A stretch of 64,000 nucleotides of DNA from Chloroflexota bacterium (GCA_016190665.1 JACPQD010000022.1:20296-84295), one strand, 5' to 3'. Shown: positions 1-9,614, numbered from the stretch's first letter. A program made the numbers and translations. The notes: generated by a model from the letters alone, not told the origin.

Positions 1-4
1 TACC

Positions 5-1711
5 CTACTTCGCCAACCACGTATTCTCGTGCCTCAGGTTGGTGTACTGGCCGTTCCCTGGCTTGAAGTTCTTCACCTGGGGCCAGATGCCCGTGATGTT
101 CTTGGTCCAGAAGAGGACGACGTAAGGGCTGATCTCCAGGAACCTCCGCTGCACTTCCAGGACCAGCTTCCTCCGCTCGGCGAACTCGAGGATCGTGTCC
201 TGTTCTTGCCAGAGCCGGTCGATCTCCTCGTCGAAGAAGTTGAAGTCGTTGCCTTTGAGGAAGTACTTGTTGGCCCCGGCAGGATCGTTGTTGTCGATGG
301 CCGCGGTGGCCACCAGGGTGTCCCAATCGGGCTTGGCGCCGAACCGCCGTACGCGCTCGATGTTCTGCTCCACCGGATCAATCGCTGCATCTATCCCGAT
401 GCGCGAAAGCTGGTCCTTCATGAACTCGGCGATACGCACGTATTCCGACCAGTTGCGCACCAGAATGGAGGTCTTGAAGCCCTGAGGGAAACCGGCCTCG
501 GCGAGCAGCTTTTTTGCCTCCGCCCTGTCCGCATCCTTGGGCATGCGGTAGCCGGGCGTCTTGATTATCTCGTCCTCGGACAAGGACCACTCGCCGGGAG
601 TGACGGGCGTGCCGAAGGAGCCGATTCCCTCCCCGAGGGCATCGATCGCCGCTTGCCGGTCCGTGCCCAGGCTCACGGCTCTTCTCACCTTGCTATCGCC
701 CCAGGGTTTGCGGTCCGGGTTCATGAAAAAGGCATTGAAGACGCCGCGAGGGTGCTGGACGATTTGCACGCCTTTGATCTCCCGCTCGGCTATCTTCGCG
801 TGTGATGGCGCCAGGCCGATGTTGGGGGCGGTGAGCATTATCTGCCCAGTCCTGAAACCCGCGAGGCGCGTCGCGGGGTCGGCCACGATATAGTACCTGA
901 TGCCATCGAGATAGGGCCGCCCTTTGATGAAGTAGTCCGGGTTCTTCACTACCGAGTAGAAGGAGTTGTTGACGTACTCCTTGTACTTCATGGGGCCGGT
1001 GCCTACGATGGTCCAGTCGAGGGCCGCATCCGGCTTGGCCGCCTTCTGAGCGATGTGCTTGGGTCCGATGGCCGAATGTGGCAAGGCAAGCTGGACAAGC
1101 AGGGAAGCGCTGGGCGCCTTCAGCATCAGCTTGGCCGTGGTGGGGTCGACCACCTCCACCTTGTCGATGGCGATGAGGTTGAGCAGTTTCCGGTTCACCT
1201 TCGGATTCTTCGGGTCTGTCATGAACTCGAGGCTGAACTTCACGTCGTCGGCGGTGAAGGGCTGACCGTCGTGCCATTTGGCCCCCTTGCGCAGGAAAAG
1301 CGTGGCTACCTTGCCGTCGGCGCTGAACTCCCATTTCTCGGCCAGGTCGGCGATGACTTTGTCATTGTCGAAGGGGTCAAACTGGAACAGCTGGCTATAA
1401 ACAGGTCCGTTCAAGGAGAGCGTGCTGATGGAGGTGTTCTCCAGCGGGTCCAGGTCCACGGGGTTGGACATGTGAGCGATGGTGAGAATGCCGCCGGACC
1501 TGGGCTCCTCGCCCGATGGCTTGGGTGTGGGCGCCGGGGCGCCCGGCTTGGGCGTTGCCGGGCTCGAGGCGGTCGGCGCGGCGGCCGGCGCGGCGGCCGG
1601 CGCCTTGGCCGCATCTTTGGCGGGCGGGGCGCCAGGCGCTGATGGTGCGCAACCTGACAGCACGAGGCCCATGACCATCAACAAGCTGAGCAGATGCAAC
1701 AGGCTCTTCAC
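5..1711 (-). CDS. ABC-transporter substrate-binding lipoprotein, family 5 (peptide/nickel/opine type)
   Basis: 568-aa ORF, GTG start preceded by GAGGAGG. Signal peptide with lipobox (LVLSGC), Pro/Ala-rich linker, then SBP_bac_5-like body ending NTWLAK. Paralogous to six other ORFs in the window. Confidence 0.9.
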   Translation of the reverse strand: MKSLLHLLSLLMVMGLVLSGCAPSAPGAPPAKDAAKAPAAAPAAAPTASSPATPKPGAPAPTPKPSGEEPRSGGILTIAHMSNPVDLDPLENTSISTLSLNGPVYSQLFQFDPFDNDKVIADLAEKWEFSADGKVATLFLRKGAKWHDGQPFTADDVKFSLEFMTDPKNPKVNRKLLNLIAIDKVEVVDPTTAKLMLKAPSASLLVQLALPHSAIGPKHIAQKAAKPDAALDWTIVGTGPMKYKEYVNNSFYSVVKNPDYFIKGRPYLDGIRYYIVADPATRLAGFRTGQIMLTAPNIGLAPSHAKIAEREIKGVQIVQHPRGVFNAFFMNPDRKPWGDSKVRRAVSLGTDRQAAIDALGEGIGSFGTPVTPGEWSLSEDEIIKTPGYRMPKDADRAEAKKLLAEAGFPQGFKTSILVRNWSEYVRIAEFMKDQLSRIGIDAAIDPVEQNIERVRRFGAKPDWDTLVATAAIDNNDPAGANKYFLKGNDFNFFDEEIDRLWQEQDTILEFAERRKLVLEVQRRFLEISPYVVLFWTKNITGIWPQVKNFKPGNGQYTNLRHENTWLAK

Positions 1712-1742
1712 TCTCGTCCTCCTCGCACGCTTGGTGTGCTGT

Positions 1743-1775
1743 AGACCGACTCGGTCTTAGAGACCGAGTCGGTCT
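1743..1775. repeat. Perfect 15-bp-stem / 3-nt-loop hairpin (AGACCGACTCGGTCT-TAG-AGACCGAGTCGGTCT), member of a dispersed hairpin family
   Basis: The arms are exact reverse complements. It lies between two co-directional minus-strand genes. Related copy at 59772..59804 and split copy at 59826..60121. Confidence 0.7.
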
Positions 1776-1949
1776 GGTCCTCACTTACACGCTAGCCGGA
1801 CTCGACGGAGCGAGTCCCTCCGAGTGGCCTCACATGCTGGCGGAGGGCCATGCTTCGTCATGGCCGAACCGGACGCAACGCGACTCCCTCCGAGACGGAC
1901 TTCGTTGCGCCTTGGGGAGGTGCTTCTCGCTTCCCGGTTCGGCCCCGTC

Positions 1950-3713
1950 CTACACTTCAGGAATCGGCCCCAGGTCTTCTCTGGCCTGGGCGATGAGGTC
2001 GTCCCAATTCTTCGGCAGTTCCATGCCCGCGCTGGTAGGCTGGCGGCCGGCGACGCCGATCTGCATCCAGTAGTTGTGGCCGGACTGCTCACCGCCGGCG
2101 ATGGCGATCATGATGTTCTCCGGCTTGGCGGTGATAGGCATCGGGATCTGTGCCGCCTCTGCCGGTAGAGCCATTGACTTGGTGGCTGCCGAGAGAACGC
2201 CTCTCAAGTCAGCGGTATCGGGGACCTTTGAGTTCTCCCAGAGGAAGTTCTTCACTTTCTGCTTGGACCAGCCCATGGCCGCCAGGTCCTTGGCCACGCC
2301 GCGCGGGATGAGCAGGACTCCGGGCGAACCTCCGAAGTAGTTGGGGCCATGGAAGTAGTTGGCATTGAGGGTGCTCATGTTGTGGGCCGAGACGCGAAGG
2401 ATATTTATGAGCTGCCCTTCGGCGGTTTCCGCCATGGCCGACGCGTTCAGGACGTTGACCGTGCTGGCGACGGGTTGCGTGGTGACGGTGTTCGTTCCCC
2501 GGGGGAAGCCCCTTTCCTCGTTGAGCGGCTCCCAGCCTTTGGGAACGCCCGCCTCGTCTTCCGCGAAGACGATGTTGGTGTACCGGGCTGGGCCGCCGTA
2601 GATGGCCATGGTCCCGATGCCGGGGATGGCGCCGCCCACGTTCTGGAGCAGCAGCCGGATGGCGCGCCCGATGGACGCGCCGGCCGGGAACCTCGGGTCT
2701 GGCCCCAGGCACCCGTAGCTCCAGTTCAGACGAATCTGTTTGGTAATGGGGCCATTGACGATCACCACGGGGTAGCCGGAGTTGGTGGTGGGCTGGAAGT
2801 TCTGGTGCAGCGTCAGGGGATTGGTGATGGCCTCGATGGAGGCGATGAGCACCGGCAGGTACTCCGGACGCCCGCCCGCCATGGCGAGGGCGATGGCGAG
2901 GACCTCCACGGTGGATACGCCGCCTCTCGGCAGGATTTTGCCCTCTCCAATAATGGAGTTACGGGGGCGGTCCGTGCCGGTCAATATCCAGGCGACCCGC
3001 TCCTCCGTCGGCGGCAGGACCGGCAGGCCGTCGGCCCACATGTTCTTCAGGAAGAGGTGGTTCATCTTGTCCACCGCATCCTGGTAGTCCTTGCCTTCAA
3101 CCGTTATCCTCTTGGCGGCGAGGGACGCCTGGCGCTTCATCTTCGGCTGCCATTTCGTCAGCCCGTCGATAACGCTGTCGATATGCGCCTCGATGGGGGA
3201 GAGGTCGCTCTCCGTCAGGAACATCTCGGTAGGGAATTCATAGGTCACCGGACCTTCGGGAGAGAAGCCGAAGCCCGCGAAGGCATTGCCGACCACCTGG
3301 GTGAAGCCCTTGCGGGTGAAGGCCACAGTAGGCATGCCCAGTTTCTCGATCCTGGCAGCGGCGCGGCCGACGGCCGTCGAGCAGGAGCCTCAGCCCGCGT
3401 TGCCGACTATGGCGGCGTGACACCCCTTCGCCTTGACCAGCTCCCCAATGTTGTCGACATCGATGTAGCGGCTGCCCGAGGGAAACTCGGTGAGGGGGAT
3501 GACCTTCAGATCGGGGAAGCGCTTCTGGAGCAGTTCGCGGACTCTTCCGAAGGTGCGCTTGTCCTCCCACGATGCGTTCGAGATTTCGCAGACCGTCTTG
3601 CCGGCCAGGGTATCGAGCCGGGGCGCATGAGTCTGCGTGGTATCGAGGGCGCCGCAGGGATCGAATACCTCCAGGGCCGCCCGGCTTGACTCTCGAGCCA
3701 TGGTTCTTTCCAT
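1950..3713 (-). CDS. UGSC-type selenoprotein (N-terminal U-G-S-C domain) fused to a conserved C-terminal DGLPVLPPT domain; Sec codon TGA at 3390..3392
   Basis: ORF-track entries 3390..3713 and 1950..3335 are in the same frame and separated only by one TGA. Read-through context is IVGNAG-U-GSC-STAVGRAAAARIEKLGMPTV. Homologous TGA positions occur at 30635 and 36779. AGGTGG RBS lies before the ATG at 3713. Confidence 0.72.
3367..3380 (-). promoter_or_regulatory. Weak SECIS-like hairpin candidate downstream of the TGA at 3390..3392
   Basis: Minus strand UCGAC-GGCC-GUCGG (5 bp including one G-U) starts about 10 nt after UGA. It is much weaker than the hairpins at the other two loci. Confidence 0.2.
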
Positions 3714-3784
3714 TGCTTTCCACCTTCCTACACAAATTTCCCGGACTAATGCAGATTGCGCCGTCTTCTGTACACGGCTCGCTA

Positions 3785-3813
3785 ATCGTAAAGCTCAAGA
3801 AGACGGATGTCAA
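3785..3813 (-). promoter_or_regulatory. Sigma-70-type promoter candidate for the selenoprotein gene
   Basis: Minus strand TTGACA (3808..3813), 17-nt spacer, TACGAT (3785..3790), about 70 nt upstream of the ATG at 3713. Confidence 0.4.
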
Positions 3814-3873
3814 GGGGGGAACGAGGGCCGGGGGCCAGGGAGCTGAGAGCAGAATGCTGATTGCTGAAAGCTA

Positions 3874-4032
3874 GAAATGATGAGTGCGGAATCGGTCATG
3901 CCGGTTGACACTGGCACCACCAGGTATGAAAATCGTGTTTCTATACCCCGCACTGAAGTACGGGGCATACCGCGTGGTTTAGTGCGCGGTATGTGTGCGA
4001 ATTCCTATTTTCGTAGCAATGATGAATGATGA
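3874..4032 (+). repeat. Copy A of a ~160-nt four-hairpin intergenic element (possible structured sRNA)
   Basis: Aligns along its length with 9734..9895. Hairpins are preserved with compensatory changes. G-U wobbles only work on the + strand. Bounded by ATGATGA-type words. Confidence 0.6.
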
Positions 4033-4124
4033 CTGGGGAACGGTCAGGAACTAGGAAAGACACGAAAGACACGAAAATGGGGAATGATGGGTGATGAATG
4101 ATGAATGCCCGCCCCTTCGCGCCC

Positions 4125-5654
4125 TCAGCCCTCCCACGCAATCCTCCCGCCAACAATAGTCAGTGCTACTCCTAGTTCAAGGAGCCGCTCGGGAGCATGG
4201 GTGGTGGGATCGCTGTTCAAGACCGCGAGGTCGGCGAGCTTTCCCGGAGTGATTGAGCCCTTGACGTCTTCTTCGGACGAAGCATATGCCCCGCCCAAAG
4301 TGTACATCTCCAGCGCCTCCGCCGCCGAGACGCCCTCGCCGGGATCAAAGCGCTGGCCGGACTCCGTCCTTCTGGTGACAGCCGTGTAAATGCCGAAGAG
4401 CGGGTTAGTAGGCACCAGCGGAGAATCGGAGCTCAGCGCTAGCCCTACGCCGCGGCGCTTAAGAGAGGCAAGGGGGTACAGGTAGTCGGTCTGATACTTA
4501 TCTCCCATGAAGTACAGGAAAGACGGCTGCGTTACGACTACCGCGTGGCTGGCTTTCAGCCTTAGCCAAAGGTCGGGAGGACAGATCGCGCAGTGCTCCA
4601 GACGAAAGCGGTGGTCTGCACGCGGAGCTTGCCGCCAGATGGACTGAATGGCCACCAGCGAGTCTCGAAGATTGGGGACGTCGCTGACGTGAAAAGCGAT
4701 GCGAAAGCCAGCTTTATGGGCGCGAAGAGCGAGGTCTTTGATGTCTTCCAGAGGCGGGTGGGGACATCCCGTGCTCTCGTCCAGAGCCAGTTTCACTCCT
4801 GCCACGCGCAGGCGGTCGTCGCCGCTGCCCATCGACAAGCCAGCCTCTCGATGCTCGTCCAACGACTGCGCACCGAGAAATAGTGAGACCCGCGGCGACA
4901 CATATCCTCGTTCTATCAGTCGCCTCCAGACTCTCCAATGGCGCCAACCGTTGGTCCAACTGGTGTCCTGAAGAGAAGTGACCCCATGCGAGAGGTATTC
5001 TCGATTGACGAGCTTCATGCCCTCTTCGGCTTCCTCTTCGCTCATGGAAGGTATTGCACTCCTGACTTCCTCGTCGACTCGGGAGACCAGACCGTCGGGT
5101 TCGCCTCTGTCGCGGTCCAGATGCAGTGATGATCCTTCAAGCTTGGCGGAGATACCGGTCAGACGCAGTGCCAGGCTGTTCAGGACGCAGTTCTGGCCAG
5201 TACGATGGACCAGCATCACCGGATGGCGTGGAGATGCCGCGTCCAACTCCCAGCGGGTCGGAGGCCGCTTTTCATGAAGGTAGAACTCGTCGTAGCCGGC
5301 GGCCCGGACCCACTGGCCTTCTCTGGTCTTCTCTGCTCGCTGGCGGATTTGTGCCTGAATATCGCGGATGCTGCTTACGGTCCTGGGGGAACAGTCAAGA
5401 CTGAGCAGATTGCTGGCGAGGGCAAGCGGATGGCAGTGCGCGTCGTTGAAGCCGGGAATAATCGTTCCGCCCTGGCAATCGATAACCCTGGTCCCGGCCC
5501 CCTTGAATAGACCGAGATCATCTCTATCGCCTAGAGCCAGAATCCGGTCGCCCCTGATAGCCGCCAGCCCCGCGCGAGGCCGGGCCCCGTCCATAGTTAT
5601 GACTGTGGCGTTGCAGAGGACAACATCGGCTGTGGTTCCGGACCGGGCGTCCAT
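4125..5654 (-). CDS. Amidohydrolase-3 (YtcJ-like) metal-dependent hydrolase
   Basis: 509 aa. N-terminal beta-sandwich then IIPGFNDAHCHP metal-binding motif typical of the amidohydrolase superfamily. Confidence 0.85.
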   Translation of the reverse strand: MDARSGTTADVVLCNATVITMDGARPRAGLAAIRGDRILALGDRDDLGLFKGAGTRVIDCQGGTIIPGFNDAHCHPLALASNLLSLDCSPRTVSSIRDIQAQIRQRAEKTREGQWVRAAGYDEFYLHEKRPPTRWELDAASPRHPVMLVHRTGQNCVLNSLALRLTGISAKLEGSSLHLDRDRGEPDGLVSRVDEEVRSAIPSMSEEEAEEGMKLVNREYLSHGVTSLQDTSWTNGWRHWRVWRRLIERGYVSPRVSLFLGAQSLDEHREAGLSMGSGDDRLRVAGVKLALDESTGCPHPPLEDIKDLALRAHKAGFRIAFHVSDVPNLRDSLVAIQSIWRQAPRADHRFRLEHCAICPPDLWLRLKASHAVVVTQPSFLYFMGDKYQTDYLYPLASLKRRGVGLALSSDSPLVPTNPLFGIYTAVTRRTESGQRFDPGEGVSAAEALEMYTLGGAYASSEEDVKGSITPGKLADLAVLNSDPTTHAPERLLELGVALTIVGGRIAWEG

Positions 5655-5660
5655 GCAGGC

Positions 5661-6590
5661 CTACTTCTGAAAGAACCAGTTGTAGGTCCTGGCCATGCCT
5701 TCCCGGAAGGACATGTAGCGGTAGTCCAGGGTCTTCTGCAAAAGCTCCCCTGTATAGACGAGGTGTTCGCTCAACGGGAATGGCAAGGGTATCCTCCTGG
5801 TCTCGATGATGCGCGTGGCCTGCCGCTGCACGTTGAGCTTGCGGGATGTTATCTCCTCCAGCACCTCGGTCAGCCTGTCGTAGGACACCAGCTCTTCGGC
5901 CGCGACGATATAGGCGCTATTCAAGACCTTATCATTCTCGAGACAGCGAGTACAGATGTTAGCGACGTCCCAGACAGATACCAGGGAGAAGAGGGCCTGA
6001 GGCGGCGAAGGCACGATTATCGGCTCGTCCCTGGCGATCAGGTCGAAGAAATAGGACTCTCTCGGGGCGTAGTTGTACGCGCCGTAGATGAACGCCGGGC
6101 GCAACGAGACATGAGGAATCCCCCTGGACTCACAAAGCTCCTTGACCTTGATCTCAGTCAGCCACTTATTGTAGGCATAGTCGCCCCCCGGCAGCGGCAA
6201 GGGGGCGGTCAGTTTTGGCGTGTCTTCGTTCATAGGCAGTATCAGTGAGTTCTCGTGCACTGACGCCGTGCTGATATAGACATATCGTCGGACCGCGCTC
6301 GGAAGGTTTCCAAGCACGACGGCAATGTCTTCCGGATCGTAGGCGCAGAAATCGACCACCGCATCCCATTCCAGGGGCGGCAGGACCTGCCTCAGTCTGG
6401 CGGCATCGCGCCGGTCACAGACAATCTCATTGACGCCGCTCAGCTTCAGGGGCCTTCTCCCTCGATTCAGCACGTGGAGACTGTATCCTTCGAGCTCGCG
6501 GGCCGCTTCGACAAAGACCCGGCCAAGGAAATAGCTCCCCCCTATGACGAGTATATTCTTCATGGCATCCACCCTCGCTATTCGGCCCAC
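5661..6590 (-). CDS. NAD-dependent epimerase/dehydratase (extended SDR)
   Basis: 309 aa. N-terminal Rossmann motif ILVIGGSYFLG. Overlaps the upstream gene by 13 nt (operon). Confidence 0.8.
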   Translation of the reverse strand: MGRIARVDAMKNILVIGGSYFLGRVFVEAARELEGYSLHVLNRGRRPLKLSGVNEIVCDRRDAARLRQVLPPLEWDAVVDFCAYDPEDIAVVLGNLPSAVRRYVYISTASVHENSLILPMNEDTPKLTAPLPLPGGDYAYNKWLTEIKVKELCESRGIPHVSLRPAFIYGAYNYAPRESYFFDLIARDEPIIVPSPPQALFSLVSVWDVANICTRCLENDKVLNSAYIVAAEELVSYDRLTEVLEEITSRKLNVQRQATRIIETRRIPLPFPLSEHLVYTGELLQKTLDYRYMSFREGMARTYNWFFQK

Positions 6591-7504
6591 ACACTCAAAT
6601 TTCGCAGTTCCGGCTCCCGAATCCTGCTTTGAACTACCGGCGCGTGGTCGAGCAGGAAGTCGCTGGGAGAATCGCTGAGGCCTTCCCTGCGCAATTCCTC
6701 AATGATATGAGAGCAAGTCTCCTCCATCAGTCGGCCCTTCCTTATGAACGCCACGCTTGTGGCGATATCCAGCAGCAAATTGTAAGTGGCTTCCCCCAGG
6801 ATGGGCAGGCCTCGTACGGCCCGGTGCATCCACTTGTAGAAGGGCGTGTATTGCCGGTTGAGCAGGAACACAAGGGAGATGACCTGGGCGCAAAATTGGG
6901 CTTCAGCGTACCGGACGGCCACAAACTCCTTTCTGTTGAGGCATCGCATGTAGTTGTACTGCCCCAGCTGGGCGATGGCCACGCAGCGTGAAGCTATCTT
7001 CTTCAGCCGAACGTCCTCCGGGTAAAACGCCTTGAGAGAATCCCTGAAGCTGGTGAACTCACCGAGCGGGTCGGCGAAAACCTTTCCGTTGGTAGCGGCA
7101 GCCAGATTGCTTTCTGGAATCGCGCGCCACTCCCTCGTGGTCGCGGGCACGCGGTCGAGACCGATGAACTTCTTGTAGAAATCTCCGATTTCAAAGACGC
7201 CGACCCGCCCCTGGCCCCACTCGCTCACCTTCCTGGGGCCGACGCCTTCGAACTCGGCGGGAAGCCGCTGCAATTCCTCAGTAAACCGAGCACCGACGGA
7301 GCGGTAGTCCGACTTGTTCAACCAGAGGCAAAAGCCTGGCCCCCAGTCATGGTCGCGGGAAATCTCGTCATCGAAGCCATAGCATTCCGATCCATCCCCT
7401 ACGAGGCCGGCGGCTATCCGCCCCTTATACTCAGGAAATCTTCGCTCGATCATAGGGGCGCCATGCGCCCAGTAATACCTCTCCGCGATCTCCAGTCCCT
7501 GCAC
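6578..7504 (-). CDS. DUF4037-like domain protein
   Basis: 308 aa. GDGSECYGFDDEISRDHDWGPGFCLWL segment matches my recollection of DUF4037. A DUF4125-like gene lies nearby, a known pairing. Confidence 0.55.
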   Translation of the reverse strand: MQGLEIAERYYWAHGAPMIERRFPEYKGRIAAGLVGDGSECYGFDDEISRDHDWGPGFCLWLNKSDYRSVGARFTEELQRLPAEFEGVGPRKVSEWGQGRVGVFEIGDFYKKFIGLDRVPATTREWRAIPESNLAAATNGKVFADPLGEFTSFRDSLKAFYPEDVRLKKIASRCVAIAQLGQYNYMRCLNRKEFVAVRYAEAQFCAQVISLVFLLNRQYTPFYKWMHRAVRGLPILGEATYNLLLDIATSVAFIRKGRLMEETCSHIIEELRREGLSDSPSDFLLDHAPVVQSRIREPELRNLSVWAE

Positions 7505-7515
7505 CTTTCACCTTC

Positions 7516-8529
7516 TTATTCGACGGGTGGAGCCCCATCGCAGTTGCTGGCCTGGGAGCGCTCCCCTGCAGCGTGGCCGCCCATGGTCTCACGCAGTGAG
7601 GCCAGGCGGCTCAGGGTCGAGGCGCAGGAGGGATGGCCCTCTCCCAGGACCCGTCGGCGAATATCCAGCGACTGGAGAAGGCATTGTTCCGCCTCATCGT
7701 ACCTGGAAAGGGCTCGATACAGCAGGCCCATGTTCTCCAGCCCGGTGGCATAGGTAGGGTGGTCTTTGCCCCATGTCCTTGCGGAGGACTCCAGGACCTG
7801 GCGGTACAGTTCCTCCGCCGTTTCATAGTTACCTTGCTTATAGTGGACCCCGGCAAGGCTGTTGAGGGCGGAAGCGTGAAGGGGATCATTCGTGCCCACA
7901 GTCCTGGTGTACAATTCGAGCGCCTGGTGCAAGAGCGACTCAGCCCTGGTCAGATCGCCCTTCGCCAGGCATACCGCTGCCACGTTGCTCAGGCTTGTAG
8001 CATAGGCAGAGGAATCTTCCCCTTCCGTCCGGCGAACAATTTCCATCGCCTCAACGAGCAATTGCTCGGCCTCCTCGTATCTACCCATCTCCTGGTACAG
8101 GAGGGAGAGGTTGTTGAGGTTACTGGCGTAGAGGAAATGCCCCTCCCCGACAGTCCTGGCGTAAATGCGCCAAGCCGCAAGGAACAGTTCTTCGGCCTTG
8201 GCGTAGTCCCCGGTAAGCCGGTACAGGCCCGCCAGGTTGTTTATGCAGGTGGCATAGCCGGGGTGTTCCTTCCCCACGCTGTTCTCCAGGATCCGCGCCG
8301 CTCTGAGATAGGAGGACTCGGACTTGCCATAGTCGCCGGTGGCGCGGTAGAGACCACCCAGATCATTAAGGATGCTGGCATACTCGGGATGGTCCCCGCC
8401 ATATCGGCGACGCATCAAGACCGCGACCTGTCGCAGCAGTGGCTCAGCTTCCCGGAAGCGTGTCTGGCGACTCAGGGCGGAGATCTGCTCGTTGAGCTCT
8501 TCCAGGTCTTCGCTCGGCATAGCGGCCAA
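7516..8529 (-). CDS. Tetratricopeptide-repeat protein (TPR_12-like)
   Basis: 337 aa made of about seven 42-aa repeats with the pattern LNNLAxLYxxxGxYxxAExLY. Confidence 0.85.
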   Translation of the reverse strand: MAAMPSEDLEELNEQISALSRQTRFREAEPLLRQVAVLMRRRYGGDHPEYASILNDLGGLYRATGDYGKSESSYLRAARILENSVGKEHPGYATCINNLAGLYRLTGDYAKAEELFLAAWRIYARTVGEGHFLYASNLNNLSLLYQEMGRYEEAEQLLVEAMEIVRRTEGEDSSAYATSLSNVAAVCLAKGDLTRAESLLHQALELYTRTVGTNDPLHASALNSLAGVHYKQGNYETAEELYRQVLESSARTWGKDHPTYATGLENMGLLYRALSRYDEAEQCLLQSLDIRRRVLGEGHPSCASTLSRLASLRETMGGHAAGERSQASNCDGAPPVE

Positions 8530-8546
8530 AGAGGGCAGGACCTCGA

Positions 8547-8924
8547 CTAGCCGAGGTCCTTGTCGCCCAGGGCCTCCTGAAGAATACTATCCGCTGCAGC
8601 GCGCCCTTGCTCCCGGAGAGCGCACAGCGCCGCCTTGCAGATCGCCTCCGGCTCCGTGTAGGCCCCGTTCCCGAAATCCGCCCAGCAAATGGCGTCGTCG
8701 AAGCCCTTCTCAATCATCTTGTCGACGACCATCTCAGCCCAGTCCATATCCTCGGAATAGGGCAACGGGTCGCCCCAGATCGAGCTCCCATCTTCGGGAT
8801 GGATTGACTGTTCCATGTATCCGAAGAACTGGTCTTTCACGACCCTCTTTCCCATCACCTGCTCAGCCACCAGGGCGTTCAGTTCCGCGCCGGGTTTCAT
8901 CGCCAGGATTTCCTCTAGACTCAC
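8547..8924 (-). CDS. Small acidic hypothetical protein
   Basis: 125-aa ORF in operon spacing between the TPR and DUF4125-like genes. No motif I can name with confidence. Confidence 0.45.
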   Translation of the reverse strand: MSLEEILAMKPGAELNALVAEQVMGKRVVKDQFFGYMEQSIHPEDGSSIWGDPLPYSEDMDWAEMVVDKMIEKGFDDAICWADFGNGAYTEPEAICKAALCALREQGRAAADSILQEALGDKDLG

Positions 8925-8984
8925 GCTTCACCTCCAGATCTTGGACCGTCCCAGGCTCTTGGGCTGACAACGGCTTCCAGCGAA

Positions 8985-9614
8985 TCAGCCATCTAGCCCC
9001 GCGCCTAGTCGTGCGTTCGCCTCTTCCAGAGAGGCGAATCCGTAGCGCTTCACCGTGTAGCTGTACGCGATTTCGGAGCCGTTGACCTTTTCAGACTCCT
9101 GCCCTAAGAGATTTTCATAATAGAGCTGCAGGGTCTTCAGGGAATAGGTGGCCAGTTCTCCCCGGAGATAGGTCTCCACCGACGTCACATCAAACGTATC
9201 GTCTGAGCTACGAAGCGGCCTTCCCCTTCCAAGAACATAGGGATACTTGTCCAGAAGTGCCTCATCCCATTTGAGTACGATCTCAGCGATGCGGTCGATG
9301 AGGTCAAGAGTTTCAAAAGAAAGTAGGGGAAGAAGATGTTGGATGCCGGCATATTCCTCTGGTGAGGTAGACTTCATCATCCGGGCGTATTTCTCGGTCA
9401 ACAAGTTCCTTTCCGCCGCTTCGGCTTCGGTCAAGTCATTCAGATAGCTTTCCAGGGTAGGATCCGACCAGCTCATGGCCTGGCCGGCCCTGTTGATCTC
9501 AAAGGTCTTAAAGTCCTCCTGGCATGCGGCAGTGCCGCCTATGTTCGGCACCTTCTGGAACATTCTCCACTCGATGTCTATGATCCGGTCGGTGACGTCT
9601 TGCCTTCGGTCCAT
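8985..9614 (-). CDS. DUF4125-like protein
   Basis: 209 aa. N-terminal IEWRMFQKVPNIGGTAACQ motif recalled for DUF4125. Confidence 0.5.
   Translation of the reverse strand: MDRRQDVTDRIIDIEWRMFQKVPNIGGTAACQEDFKTFEINRAGQAMSWSDPTLESYLNDLTEAEAAERNLLTEKYARMMKSTSPEEYAGIQHLLPLLSFETLDLIDRIAEIVLKWDEALLDKYPYVLGRGRPLRSSDDTFDVTSVETYLRGELATYSLKTLQLYYENLLGQESEKVNGSEIAYSYTVKRYGFASLEEANARLGAGLDG

Noticed and set aside
2349-3689. Long antisense ORFs inside well-supported genes (2349..3689, 10097..11335, 26561..27847, 35117..36022, 39113..40117, 57047..58054, 62080..63366)
   Set aside because: This is typical of high-GC DNA. The translations are Arg/Gly/Pro/His-rich with no motifs, and the opposite strand carries recognisable protein families.
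3874-4032. Box C/D sRNA or k-turn interpretation of the ATGATGA ... CTGA words flanking the four-hairpin element
   Set aside because: RUGAUGA/CUGA-like words are present, but the organism looks bacterial. The spacing does not fit a C/D-C'/D' layout, and the same words occur as simple microsatellites elsewhere. Kept only as a caveat.
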